Positions 1 through 12,956 of a stretch of DNA of 64,000 nt are shown in pieces. Source of the stretch: Eledone cirrhosa (Eukaryota); NCBI GenBank assembly GCA_964016885.1, contig OZ024741.1:282844001-282908000 (forward strand), in the 5' to 3' direction. Position 1 is the stretch's first letter. Each line of letters begins with the position of its first letter. The position numbers were made by a program, and so were the translations under genes. Below the pieces are notes generated by a model, which saw only the letters and a program-made list of their open reading frames with translations, made no database searches and was not told where the DNA came from.

Positions 1-62
<62 letters not shown>

Positions 63-74
63 TATATATATACA

Positions 75-146
<72 letters not shown>

Positions 147-239
147 TGTATATACATACATACACACACAGATAGCGAAGTCAATGTTTTCATAATGTCG
201 TGTGTATATATATAGTGTGTGTATATATATATATACACA

Positions 240-302
<63 letters not shown>

Positions 303-304
303 TA

Positions 305-334
<30 letters not shown>
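1..334. repeat. (TA)n-rich microsatellite block
   Basis: Long (TA)n runs with CAC interruptions; the YIYIYI ORFs are artefacts of this repeat. Confidence 0.95.
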
Positions 335-338
<4 letters not shown>

Positions 339-544
339 TTAGTCGAACCAAAGAGGGCTCGATAAGGATACATATATATCAAATATATAAGAACCCTAGA
401 GCACATATTGTTCTCATTGCTGACGTATTATCTTCGCCTTTTTCCGTTCATTGCCAGGGAACGTCTTCACGAACCAAAGTATCGTCTTCCTGTTTTCCTT
501 CGGTTGCAACGTTTTTCGAAATATTTACTTCTGCGTTTTATGTT

Positions 545-835
545 TTCATAATGTCGTAATGCAGACAACCAGACATACAGACAAATATTATAAGGGCGTG
601 ACGTTATAGCTATGTATCTATCTAAAAAGACAGACTAAGAAAGAGAGAGAGAGATATCGCTAACCGGCGCCTAATGCGGTCCCTAGGGCATTGAAAATTT
701 GAAATATATTTTGCTCAAAACACTCACAGTACCATGAGTATTACATGTGTAAAGTTTGAAAAAGATCGGTTGGGTGGTTCTCGAGTTTTAGGGAGACAGA
801 TAGACATACATTCTCTGCTTTAGATATATAGATAT
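545..835 (-). mobile_element. Helitron/Helentron-like non-autonomous element, terminal segment
   Basis: Similar to 29260-29552 in the same orientation; inverse of 28385-28560. Ends in (GACA)n followed by ATTCTCTGYTTTAGATATATAGAT. Confidence 0.55.
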
Positions 836-837
836 AT

Positions 838-1386
838 ACTAGCAGAATGGCCCGGGGTTGCTCGGGATTCTAAACATAGATTGGCTTGTTTATCCCTCTT
901 TTCTGAAACAGTACAGAGAAGTACGGAATACCTCGGCCCGGGGATGGTGTCTACATTTTGTGCTTATAAAAAAAATTCGTCGTAGATTACCAGGGGTTTA
1001 ACTTAATTGGGTGCCTGAGAGTAAAATGTTCAACCCACGAAAGCCAAGACGATAGGGTTAAGTAAAAAGGCATTCGACAAACCGAACATGTATTTGTTGT
1101 GCTATAGTACAATGAAAGCAATAGTTACAGAGCCGTAAGCATGTGGGAATGCAGTGGTGGAGAGTGGTGTTGTCCTACTCCTTTCAATGTTTCGTTGTAT
1201 GTTCACCAATTGATGCAGAAGTCCTAATTAAAAGTGAAGACGTCTTGGGTGAATAGGCAAATAATTTTCAATTACGATTTTTCAAAAGCATGTAATTGCG
1301 TTCCCTCTCTTTTTTGTTGTTGTTTTTGCTGCTGTTTATATTTTGATTTTGTGTATGCAAAAATATCTGTGTATGCAAAAATATGC

Positions 1387-1390
<4 letters not shown>
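838..1390 (-). mobile_element. Helitron-like element 3' end
   Basis: Minus strand ends with a CCCGAGCAACCCCGGG hairpin, then CCATTCTG-CTAG|T. The same terminus occurs on + at 29684-29713. Confidence 0.55.
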
Positions 1391-1436
<46 letters not shown>

Positions 1437-1444
<8 letters not shown>

Positions 1445-1928
1445 ATACTTGGGGAGGGTCATATTTGTGTAATATTGCCAGAATTAATAACAGAACACAC
1501 TCACTGTTTGGTTGGTTTTCGCTTTTCGCTTCTATGTCTTTTATATCGGTTAATTTAATTTATTCGGTCCTCAATGTTGCCATTGACTGACCAACGGTCA
1601 AAAATACAGTTACAATATAGACACAAACACAGAAAAGATGGCGTAGAAAATACAATGCAACGGGAGGAAACAATATCACCACTGACGATGTTGTAGATGT
1701 GCAACGAAAGAACTTTGATAGACTATATATATATGTGTTTGTGTCTATATTGTAACTGTATTTTTGACCGTTGGTCAGTCAATGGCAACATTGAGGACCG
1801 AATAAATTAAATTAACCGATATAAAAGACATAGAAGCGAAAAGCGAAAACCAACCAAACAGTGAGTGTGTTCTGTTATTAATTCTGGCAATATTACACAA
1901 ATATGACCCTCCCCAAGTATAACAATAT
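1437..1928. repeat. Long inverted repeat, ~195-bp arms with ~102-bp spacer
   Basis: 1437-1631 is the reverse complement of 1734-1928; no mismatch seen by eye. Confidence 0.9.
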
Positions 1929-2099
1929 TTGTTTCGACACACGATTTCATATCAAAAACCTCGCAAAACTATATATATATATTAAAATAACAGATTAAAG
2001 TTTAAGCAAAGAATCGCTGCTTTCACCCTTAACGAGATCTTCTAAAACTAAAAAAATCAATCTGTGAACGCAGAAGTAAATATTTCGAAAAACGTTACA

Positions 2100-2144
<45 letters not shown>

Positions 2145-2330
2145 TACACGCAGACACAGATAGCGTCATAATGTTGCAATGCAGACAGCCAGACATACAT
2201 ACAGACAGACAGACATTCTCTGTTTTAGATATATAAATATACATACATACTTAACAAAGAGGGTGTGGTAAGATACCAGGCGGACCATAACGCACTAGAG
2301 TACTCAATACTTAGGGTAGTAGAGTGGGTA

Positions 2331-2455
2331 ATAGGAAAAGAGTCAGGACCCCGACGGCTGAGCTCCGGTCGTTTCGACAGCTAGATCCGATCAGTTCGGA
2401 TCTAGCTGTCGAAACGGCCGGAGCTTAGCCGTCGGGGTCCTGACTCTTTTCCTAT
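2331..2455. repeat. GC-rich palindrome, 60-bp arms
   Basis: ATAGGAAAAGAGTCAGGACCCCGACGG...GATCCGA-tcagt-TCGGATC...GGGGTCCTGACTCTTTTCCTAT; related to 59238-59350. Confidence 0.9.
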
Positions 2456-2507
2456 ATATATATATAAATATATATATCCACGCATGCATGGGTTTGTGTG
2501 TATGTGT

Positions 2508-2576
<69 letters not shown>

Positions 2577-3249
2577 TGTACGTGTGTGTGTGTACACATG
2601 CATTAATTTCCTCCATAGAATCCTATGTATGCTATTGTCCACCAATTGCGATATAGAAATATAACAAGCGTCTGAAGCACAACTCAAATCTATAATGCAA
2701 AGTATTATCTGTTTGAAGCACAGCTCAAATCTATAATGTAAAATGTGATTTCTTCACATAGTGTCTCATGGTATATTAGTCAGCAGCAAAATTTCTCTTT
2801 CTTAATAATCAAATTTATCATTTTCAGTCTCATTTCATTCAGAGTTAAGTGAAATTCTTTCGCATCTTCACAATCATCTTTCTGGGAACCTAGGAAGTAA
2901 TGAAAATAAATAAATAAATAAATAAAAAAAAGAAGAAATTCATTTTTTTCTGAACTGAAAGCCTTCCCGACTCCACCCCTCACTCCCACACTCTACTGAT
3001 GATGCTCGCAATGACCATGTCGACGACTATAATGACAATGATGGCGATGATGATGATGACCTTATTAATAATCTGATTCAGATTTAAAAATCCCAGTATA
3101 AAAAACAACAACAAAGAGTATCCTACTCTGAATTAGTTTTCTTAATTCTTCTTTTGACGAAGGAATTTTTTTTATACCGAAATATAAAGGTCTAATTAAA
3201 AAAAAAAAACATCTAAGGTAACATTCCAACAAATTTAACGTTATTTTTC

Positions 3250-3438
3250 GGTGGATTGGCAGTATCAGTAGAGCGTCAGACACCATGCTTTGCAGCATAA
3301 AATTACGGCCCTTTACAATCTGAGTTCAAATCCAGCGGAGGTTAGCTTTGCCTTTCATCCTTACGGGGTCCAAAAATTAAAGAACCAGTAATGCACTGGG
3401 GTAATTGCTGGCCTTGTGCCAAAAGTAGAAACAGTTAT
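3250..3438 (+). mobile_element. tRNA-derived SINE (family A)
   Basis: A-box-like TGGCAGTATCAGTAG, B-box-like GAGTTCAAATCC, core GCCTTTCATCCTTACGGGGTC, tail GGCCTTGTGCCAAAAGTAGAAAC; many copies in the window. Confidence 0.85.
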
Positions 3439-3749
3439 TTTTAACATTTAATGTTCTATTTACACTAGGGAGGATTTGAACTCAGAACCTAAAGAGACAT
3501 AACTATATATCGATTTTTGCCTATCAGAATACTTCAAGTAAGTTAGAACATCCTCCTTGCAATAATGGCATGGTATGGTCCTGTAACTCCTAAGAGACTC
3601 GTAGGGGGCGCCGTATTGACATACGGCGTTTCTTGGGCACTTTAAAACCTGGCGGAACCCATCCCTCCCCAGGCCAGAGTGCATCAGATTTCTTCCAGAG
3701 AAGGATAGAGAGTGAGAGAATGGAAATGAGAAAGAGATATAGAAAAAGA

Positions 3750-3890
3750 ATTGACCCCAGTACTTGACCTGGAATGGATGAAAGACAAAGTTGGCCTCGG
3801 AGGGATTTGAACTCAGAGAGCAGAAAACCAAAACGAATACCATAAAGTATTGTATTCAATGTTCTAACGACTCTACCAATTCGCCGCCTT
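3750..3890 (-). mobile_element. tRNA-derived SINE (family A), partial
   Basis: Reverse complement of the family A head and core (GGATGAAAGACAAAG...GGATTTGAACTCAG). Confidence 0.75.
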
Positions 3891-4104
3891 CTTAGCAATA
3901 ATAAAGATTTCTAATAGGTCAGGGAGGGACATAGTCAAATAAATCGCCTCAGTATCTGATTGACTTATTTTATCGATCCCAGAAGAATGAAAGTTTATGC
4001 TGTACCACAAGAATACCTTAGTGTCAATGACCATTAAGATATAACTACGCTAAACCGCATTATATACGCAACATGACGAGCTATAGCTGAAAAATCAAAA
4101 GATA

Positions 4105-4275
4105 TTCACCTCCATAGGCGCTGAGCTGGCCAGCCGCAGGTGTGAGCCTCTCGAGTTTGAATGGCTCTTCCAGCGCACCTCCCTTACCATCCTCCGGGAA
4201 AACGCCTTCTCCATCCTGTCCGCCGAGGTTGTGGGGAGGCCAGCACGTGGGACCCCATTTGCTCACCATACGGAT
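4105..4275 (+). mobile_element. CRE-clade non-LTR retrotransposon, 3' fragment
   Basis: Translates IGAELASRRCEPLEFEWLFQRTSLTILRENAFSILSA, resembling the CRE C-terminal QRLSIAIQRGNA motif. Homologous copies at 26425-26580 (+) and 49840-50010 (-). Confidence 0.65.
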
Positions 4276-4334
4276 TAATAGGCAAAGTTATAAACTATTA
4301 TAAATAAATAATTATTGTGGCTGGCTTACTTCAC

Positions 4335-5170
4335 ATAGTTAGATACTTATTTATATGATTGTAAAGGCATAAAGAATCTGTCTGGAAAGTAAAAATAGAG
4401 AGTAAAATATTTTAGTGATGACATAGGCATGAACTTTGGTCTTGATAAGTGCGCAAAACCGTCCTTGAAAAAAGGTATAGACTTGGACATAATCACAAAA
4501 ATAAGCAAACTTGATCAATAGCACACCTACAAATATCTTGACATCTCTGAATCCGGGGAATAAGTCACACCCAAATGAAGGAAAAAGTCAGAAAAGAATA
4601 TTATAGATGAGTGGGACTTACCTTAGACACGGAACTCAATTCAAAGAACAGAATATCCATGATAAACAGCTTAGAAGTACCTGTTGTTCAATACAGCTTT
4701 AATATAGTTAATGGATAGTATAGGATATCAATAGATGGATACTAAGATCACATGTCACCCTATGTACCACCCTAAAGCAGACGTTGAGCGATTTTACCTG
4801 CCCAGATCTAAGGGAGACAGAGGTCTAATCCAATTGGAGTTCTCCTACAAGACAACAACAATTGGCCTACAATAATATCTTGAAGTAACTAATGATTGGA
4901 TGTGGGGCAAGCAGTAAAACAGTATAAAGCCAGCAAAAAGCTTTAATACTGCGATAAAAGAAAGCACCAAATATGTGCACGAAATAAATCTAAGTGCAGA
5001 TGTGATACAAGAAACTCCTCTTCCACCAACAGTGTCAGCAAAGTCTACAAAAACAAAAGCAAAAGAAGTAACTATTGATCAGATGAAGGAGAATGGCAAA
5101 ACAAGCCACTACATAGCCAGTATCGGACTTGAATCAGGGAAGCTGATGTAAACAAAACCCAAACCCATCA
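4335..5170 (+). pseudogene. R4/Dong-clade LINE fragment (RT end and thumb), decayed
   Basis: FSDDIGMNFGLDKCAK, YKYL and HPKADVERFYLPRSKG motifs, with stops. Confidence 0.75.
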
Positions 5171-5214
5171 ATAGCTGTTTAGAAGAAGTTTATTTAGTAG
5201 ATGTTTGTGTTGAG

Positions 5215-5615
5215 AATTTGTGTATTGTATCACGGAAGTCACCATTGAAGATGTTAAAAGCAATGTTGTGGAATTTGGTATTAATAAGTGTGGAGTCCTA
5301 GTGATGAAGAGGGGGTAAATTGAGCAGAAGCAACGGAATCCAGGTACCAACAGGTGAGATGATAAAGGAAATTGACATTGAAGAAGGATACAAATATTTT
5401 GGTGTTCTGGAGGCAGATGACATCAAGAGCAAAAAAATGAAGGAATTGATAAGATCTGAGTACATTAGGAGAGTAAGGAACGTATTAAAATCACATCTTA
5501 ATAGTAGGAATGTCATAAGTGCAGTGAATTCCCGAGCTGTGTCTATTATTAGGTACAGTGCGGGAATTCTGAAATGGAATGTTGCTGAACAAAAAGTAAT
5601 GGATAGTAAAAGTCC
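5215..5615 (+). pseudogene. Second R4/Dong-clade LINE fragment
   Basis: EFGINKC...GYKYFGVLEADDIK...EYIRRVRNVLKSHLNSRNVISAVNSRAVSIIRYSAG (ORF 5320-5640). Confidence 0.75.
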
Positions 5616-5649
5616 AAGTAAAAGCCCAACGAATTCGTAGATTCGAGAA

Positions 5650-8330
5650 GCGAAACAACTTCTACAGGCAAAATAAGTCATTTTATAGAGAAGTAGGGAA
5701 GAAAAAAATAATTATTGAAGAATTATAGAAGTTGAAAACTTCTGGAGTAAGATTTGGAGTGATGAGAAGACATATAATGCTAATGTAGATTGGGTTAGTC
5801 ACCTAGAAAAATCCTACACAAATTTAGAACAGGCGTGGGAAGACATCTCTATAGCGGACTTAAGGACAGCACTCAATAAATCTCATAAATGGAAATCTCC
5901 TGGTAGAGACAGGGTGCTAAATTTCTGGCTTTCCTCACTCCCGTGCACTCACAATATATTGGTCAAGCTGTTTAATGGAATTATGAAAGATCCAAAAAAT
6001 ACACCTGATTTGATAACAAGTGGCATTACCAACCTTCTACCAAAGATTAAAAAAAACTATCAGCCCATAACCTGCTTGTCCACCACTTATAAACTATTAA
6101 CCTCTATTCTCATGGAAAAAGCATACGTGTTTTTGGAGGAGAATAATATTTTCCCCATTGAACAAAAAGGGTGCCGACGAGGTTCATATGGTTGCAAAGA
6201 TCAACTTTTGATTAATCGTATGATCCTTGAGAACTGTCATAATAAACACAGAAATCTCAGTTCTGCGTGGATCGATTATAAAAAAGCCTTTGACAGCATA
6301 CCACACTCATGGATTCTGAAATCACTGGACATCTTCAAAATCTCACCTGTGATCTCAAACTTCCTGAAACACAATATGTCATTATAGAACACAAATCTCC
6401 AATTGTCTCATTCCACTGGGGTACTGTGCTCTAGGAATATAAACATCAACTGTGGTATATTCCAGGGTGACCCACTTTCACCTTTGCTTTTCTGCATAGC
6501 TTTAATACCCCTTACATCCGAACTTAATAGAACATGGTACAGTTATAGAATTGACAACAGAAAAAAATAAGCCACCTATTTTATATGGATGATTTGAAGC
6601 TATATTGCAAAGATAATGACGAACTGGAAGGCCTTTTGCGGACAATAAAAACGTTTAGCGATGACATCAGGATGGAGTTTGGACTTGACAAGTGTGCAAA
6701 AGCCACTTTCAAGAAGGGGAAGCTTGTCAACTCAGACTCAGTTGAATTGGATGCTGAAACAATCATAAAGGAATTTGAGCAGGAACAAACATATAAATAC
6801 TTAGGGATTAATGAGGGCTCTGGCATATAGCATGCAAGTATGAAAGAGAGGATAAGGAAAGAATGTTACAGGAGAGTACGTGCAGTTCTGAGATCAGAAC
6901 TAAACGCTCGTAACAAGGTGCTAGCCATAAATTCCTTGGCAGTCTCAGTTATCACTTACAGCTTCGGTGTGTTGAACTGGAATATGAGTGAAATCAAAAG
7001 AATCGACACCAAAGTCCGTAAGCTACTGACCTGTAATAGAATGCACACCCAAAAGCAGATGTGGATCGTCTTTACCTTCCTAGAACTCAAGGAGGCCGTG
7101 GCCTGATCCAATTTGAACTTCCTTACAAGACCACCATCATTAGACTGGCCAAATACCTTGAAACAACTAACGACTGTATGCTGAAACTTGTTGAAAATCA
7201 TGAGAGAAGTAAGAAGCTTCATTCTATCTTGAAGGAGAGCAAAAAATATGCTACTGATCTCATGCTTGATACCCAGGCTGGACAGACTAAAGAAACTGTT
7301 GCAACTGATGCTGCTAGGCACATAAAATCACTGGCAAAAGCAAAAGAGCAAGGACAATTAGCATCAAATTGGGAGCAGAAACCTCTGCATGGCAAATATA
7401 TGGCCCGTAGCAAACAAGCTATTGTTGACCAAAAGCACACCCATCAGTGGCTACGTAGTTCAGGGCTAAAGGCGGAGAGTGAAGGCTTCATCTTAGCTAC
7501 CCAAGATCAAAGCTTATTGACTCGTAATTACCAGGCCAATGTGATGAGAAACGGAATAAACCCAAAGTGCCGATTCTACAATGCTGAGGTTGAAACAGGC
7601 GATCACTTAGTCTCTGGATGTAAAGTTTTAGCACCAGTAGAATACAAATATAGACATGACAGAGTTGGCCAATATCTACACTGGGTAATATGTCGGCATT
7701 ACAAAATCAAAGCTGAAGACAAGTGGTACAATCATCACCCTGAGGCTGTAACTGAAGGAGAAAATGTAACAATTCTCTGGGACTTTCCTGTACATACTGA
7801 CAGGACCATAAAAGCAAATAGACCTGACATCATTGTAAAATATCAACATAAAAAGGGCTGTTTAGTGATAGATATGAGCATCCCATGTGATCACAATATC
7901 GCGGCAAAATAATTTGACAAGCTACGAAAATATAAAGATCTGCTTATTGAAATTGAGAAAATGTGGCACCTCAAAGCCGTTACAATACCAGTGATTGTGG
8001 GAGGACTGGGAATGATCAAGAAAGGAACAAAACAATATTTGCGAATGATTCCTGGTTTACCTTCTCTGCACGAGGTGCAACAAATTGTTTTGACTGGTAC
8101 TGCACACGTATTGAGAAGAGCACTATCTCTGTAAGATTGATATCCCTCCTTGTATTTACATATGCATATGCACATGTGTATATATGTATACTGTTTTGTT
8201 TTTAATTATAATCAATGTGCTGTATTAACTGGCTTACCAATGCACACTGTGAATTTATTTGCCCTAGGTGTCAGTAAGACACTTGGCATATATCTCAGAA
8301 ACAATAATGAAAGAAAATAAAAATGATAAT
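5650..8330 (+). mobile_element. R4/Dong-clade non-LTR retrotransposon (RT, CCHC, REL endonuclease), 5'-truncated and frameshifted
   Basis: NYQPITCL, EQKGCRRG, AWIDYKKAFDSIPH, GIFQGDPLSPLLF, YMDDLKLY, degenerate CCHC, RHD, RPDIIV, KYKDL across ORFs 5914-7912. 3' hairpin GGTGTC-agtaa-GACACT near 8265-8285; (TAA)n tract at 8396-8445. Confidence 0.9.
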
Positions 8331-8993
8331 AATAATTGTTTCTACTTTAGGCACAAGGCCAGCAATTACTCAGTACATTACTGGTACTTTAAAAATGATA
8401 ATAATAATAATAACAATAATAATAATAATAGCAATAATAATTTCATAACAACAACTACAATAACAACAGGAATAGAAGCAACCATATTATCCAATAAACA
8501 TAGTTTTAATGTCTCATTAAAAACGAATGCATGAAGTTAGTCTCACCCAGGGATTATTGATTATTTTTCAGCTAAAGGAAATTTATAAATATTGATTTCA
8601 CCCGAGTAAATGGCAATTTTTTTGTTATATTTCATTTTGATACGATTGCAAATCCCAAATATGAATTTCTTAAAATATTAATTCTCGCGGAATATAACTT
8701 ATCGTTTTTCTAAGTTATGTTTATCTATTTATTTATTCATATGCTTCGACCAAACAAACAGTTTCTCAATATTGACATTCAGTAGTTATTTTCTGTTTTA
8801 TCTTCAAATCGAAAGTATAAGTTATTTTAATACATATTTATAGGTGTTATATTTATGGGTTGCATTGCAGATAAATCTATTCTGTTTATAGTAGGCTAGC
8901 ATTTATCAGAAATTGGTTACTCCACAACACTATATATATATACAGTATATATATATATATACATACATACATACTTTCCTACACACACACACA

Positions 8994-9033
<40 letters not shown>

Positions 9034-9189
9034 AGTATTCAGACGATAAATCCCTTTGAAGCTGTTTAGGCTATTTTGGAAGTATAACTATGGCCATTAC
9101 AAAACATGGTTTTTCAATCAATTCAAGGTTTGAACACAGCCGATTTCTTCCTAAGAAGGATGATGGGAGTGGGAGAGACGAATTGAGAA

Positions 9190-9365
9190 AAAGATGCAGC
9201 GGAAGAATCGATCCCAGTAATGGACTGGTAATTCTTTTATCGACCTCGTAAGGATGAAAGGCAAAATTGACCTTGACGGGTCTTGAACTTAGAAAGAAGA
9301 GACCCAGTACACATTCTACAGAACATTCTAGCTGACGTTCTAACGACTCCGCCAATTCATCGCCT
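9190..9365 (-). mobile_element. tRNA-derived SINE (family A)
   Basis: Reverse complement of the family A core and head. Confidence 0.75.
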
Positions 9366-9888
9366 TTTTCTCTAATTTTATAGTAACATATTAAATAACT
9401 GCTTAATGGTGCTTCTACAAGCGTGGAACATCAGAAGATAGTAGATTTGTGTGTTTTGAATAGGTTCACCATCAGTTTTTGTCAAAAAATGAATAATGCA
9501 GACAAAAATAAAAATGGAGCCAGCGCTTTTTGAATCACCCTGTACATTCTGAGTTGAAATACGACCGATTCTCCCCGAAATTGATACAATAAGAACCGGC
9601 AGTATATTACGATCTAAATTCGATTCCAGGCGATAGCTATTTCATTTTTACGGCTAATGATTATAGAAAAAAATAAATATCATAACAAATATTCTTTATC
9701 CTCCCGAAGTCAAATGTAATGACCACCCATTGATGGATACTTCTGATGAAAAAAGGTTAAGCAACTGACTATAATCTATAATATAATAAATGGAGAATTG
9801 GAAGACTGTGTCCTTTTTATTTTTTCTGAACACGTTATTAAGATAAGTTGTATTACTTAGAATAAATCATGAATGAATATTATTTATA

Positions 9889-10761
9889 ACTAGCAGAAAA
9901 ACCACCCGTCGGGTGGTTTTCTGCTAGCATGTGTAGTATGTATACTGATATTATACGCAAGTATATATGCATGTATATATGATACATCAAATAAAATCGT
10001 AATTGACAATATACACAGAAATTGAACGAAGACTGCGTTACACTCTCTTATGTAATCAGTAACGTAATCCATGATACATTAAAAAAAGACGATATTATAT
10101 ATAAACTGTATTAGGAGAAAATTAGTTACGGAAATATATGAATGTTTATTTAAGCGATCGCTAACCGGAAGTGTTGGCATTTGAAAATTTTAAAGAAGTG
10201 AATCTTTAAATAAGCAATAAAATATATTTAATCAACAGCCACGAAATTTAGTAGATAAATTATGTAATATTCATTCATTATTTATTCAAAGTAATCCAAC
10301 TTATTTTACAAACGGGATAAAAAATTATATTCTGGATGCAGTCCCGCACTCCTTTCTTTATTATAGTTAAGATATTCATTCATGATTTAGTACATATAAT
10401 TTATGTACTACATTTCGTAGCTCTTGATTAAACATAAATATTATTATATACAAAATGTATTGCTTATTTCAAGATTCACTTCTTTTAAAATTTTCAAATG
10501 ACAACACTTCCGTTATCGTTCCTTCTATCATAACGTTTGTTTCCGTCGCTAATCTCATTTTCTCCTTTTCCGTTTTCATAACATTTCGCCGTAATGCAGT
10601 TTCTATAAAATATCTTCTTTTTTTAATGTATCATGTGTATATTCTCAATTCAGTTTTCATTTGACGTATCATATCTACATGCATATATATTTGCGTATAA
10701 TATCAATATGCGCACTACACATGCCAGCAGAAAACCGCCCGGAGGGTGGTTTTTCTGCTAT
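9889..10761. mobile_element. Head-to-head pair of Helitron-like non-autonomous elements
   Basis: Both outer ends carry the hairpin AGCAGAAAA-ACCRCCC...GGGYGG-TTTTCTGCT next to CTAG/CTAT; the arms are diverged reverse complements meeting near 10370. Third copy of the end at 26643-26765. Confidence 0.65.
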
Positions 10762-10784
10762 AATAAAAAAAAAAAATAATAATG

Positions 10785-11005
10785 ATTTCTACTATAGGCA
10801 CAAAGACAGCAATTTGGGGAGGGGGAAAGGGAAAATCTATTAAATCGACCCAGTGCATTACTGGAACTTTATTTTATCGAACCCGTAAGGATGAAAGGCA
10901 AAGCTAACTTCGGCGGGATTTGAACTCAGAACGTAAAGGGCCATAACTCCATGCTACAAAGCATGGTGTCTGACGCGCTACCGATACGGCCAATCTACCA
11001 CCCAA
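10785..11005 (-). mobile_element. tRNA-derived SINE (family A), full length
   Basis: Tail, core and head all present in reverse complement. Confidence 0.85.
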
Positions 11006-11399
11006 TGATAATAATAATAATAACAAAAAGCATAACAGATCGGACATGTAGCCTTATAGATATCTATACACATCTGTAAAAACAATGAAAAACTGTCAAA
11101 ATACAAAGACCTGGAAATAGTGATCAACGGCTTGTGGAGGATGAACACAAACACTATCGCCGTGGCAATAGGAGCATTAAGATTAATACCTAAATCATCA
11201 GACCTGCACCTTAGCGTCTTTTCCTGCAGATTAAATGTCCTCTGCACCCAGTTTTGAACAGTAGAATCCGGTCACAAGCTGAATGCGTCAAAATGTGTGA
11301 CATTGAGCTACCTGGAGGTAGCTCAATGTCACACATTTTCTGTGCTGCCATTTTCCACCTCATGCAGATTTTTCCTCCATTAAAAAATCAAGATGCCAG

Positions 11400-11585
11400 A
11401 TCGCTCTCGAGTGCAACTGGTAACATCTAACATAATACAGCTAGTCACATGGTCAGATAGGCGGCGACTAAATTGGCAACCTCACCAAGCTTAGTTGATG
11501 AGGAGGGTAGTTCTAGACACATTGCAGGATGAAACAAAAGACCCATCAAAGGGCGGAAGAACTAAAGTCAGCAGCCATCCAATGA
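11400..11585 (+). mobile_element. RTE-type 5' UTR segment (family B)
   Basis: GGTAACAT...GCGACTAAA..GGCAACC..ACCAAG..GAGGAGGGT...CAAAGGGCGGA; shared with 30700-30900 (-), 48925-49120 and 52400-52600. Confidence 0.6.
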
Positions 11586-11609
11586 TGTGTATATATGTAT
11601 ACATGCATA

Positions 11610-12405
11610 CATACATTAAAAAAATGGACCAATTTACAGAGAAAGTTGTGCATAGGTACCTGAGACGAAAAACACAGACCATAGAGGGGATAAATCATTT
11701 AAAAAGCCTGGCATGGAGTTCCGACAAGTTTATGACATCTCACCTAGAAGGATATCTCTATGCAATACAGGAACAAGAAACCCCTACCAAATATCTGCTA
11801 CACAAAAGAGGAGGGCCATCAGTCGACAATAAATGTACGCTATGTAAAACAAAGATCGAAGATGTTAGCCACATTGTTGCCAACTGTGAAAGAATGTCGT
11901 CTCGTTACTACCTCCCTATGAGATACGATATGATAGTTAGAACCACCTGGAACGCACTTATGAAAACAAAATTAAAAACAAATGAGGAGGAATATGTTGA
12001 GATAGATGGCAGTAAAGAATACTGGTGGAACCTGAAAATAAAAACTGCCACCAGATTAAAGCACAACCGGTCTGATATTGTTGTTTGGGACCATACATTG
12101 AAAACGTGCTCTGTTGTACAGATCAGCTGCCCACTTTATGTCAACGTTGTAAGAAAAATACAGAGACGGCGGACATCTACGGACCATTGATGAGGAGTTT
12201 GCAGATCCAGTATCCAAGATACGCCTTCAGCTTCACACTCATTATTATTGGAGCTACAGTTATATATCAACCCACTTGGACCAAAGTATGACTGAACTTG
12301 GATCTGCGGACAATAAGCGCAGCTCCCTAATTCATAGACTATAAATGGCCGCGATATCTGGCACCTTCAACATTTACAAAACATTCTTGCGATTCAAGGG
12401 ATGAC
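11610..12405 (+). pseudogene. R4-clade LINE 3' fragment (CCHC and REL endonuclease)
   Basis: AIQEQE, CTLCKTKIEDVSHIVANC, RYD, HNRSDIVVWD in ORF 11495-12190. Confidence 0.8.
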
Positions 12406-12876
12406 AATTTCTTTTCTTTTACAACCTTGCCACCAGGAAGGTGGCCGGACAAAAATGTACTCGAAATTGAGAGAAAGAGAAAAACAAAACATACATACAC
12501 ACAAAGACATATTTATTGAGAAATATGGGTGGGCAAGAGGAGTTTTCAAAATTGATAGGGCCTCCTTTATCAAGAAACCACGAAGACTGGCTGCGGTTTG
12601 GAAATAAATGAGAAAACTTGCAAGCTGTGCGATGCAGGAAAGAATTATTCATCAGGCTTTCAAACAGTTTCCGTTTACACAATGTAACTTTATATGGTTT
12701 TGGTCGACCTGAAGTTATGTTAAATGGCACTTTCCCAAGATATCAGTTGTTAAATGAATTTCTTAACCATTCAATCATGCTCCGTCCACAACATGCAAAT
12801 GAACCCTCCAAAGTCGCTACAAATACTTGGTCCCACAATCTCCATTTATCTTTTCTTGTAACCCCCATCCAGCATA

Positions 12877-12949
<73 letters not shown>

Positions 12950-12956
<7 letters not shown>

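Noticed and set aside
200-559. ORFs rich in YI, HT, CV or RE dipeptides throughout the window
   Set aside because: They are translations of (TA)n, (CA)n, (GA)n and (TACA)n microsatellites.
12520-12875. Possible Tc1/mariner transposase remnant
   Set aside because: Only a faint WPPxS-like resemblance; no TIR pair or DDE motif could be confirmed.
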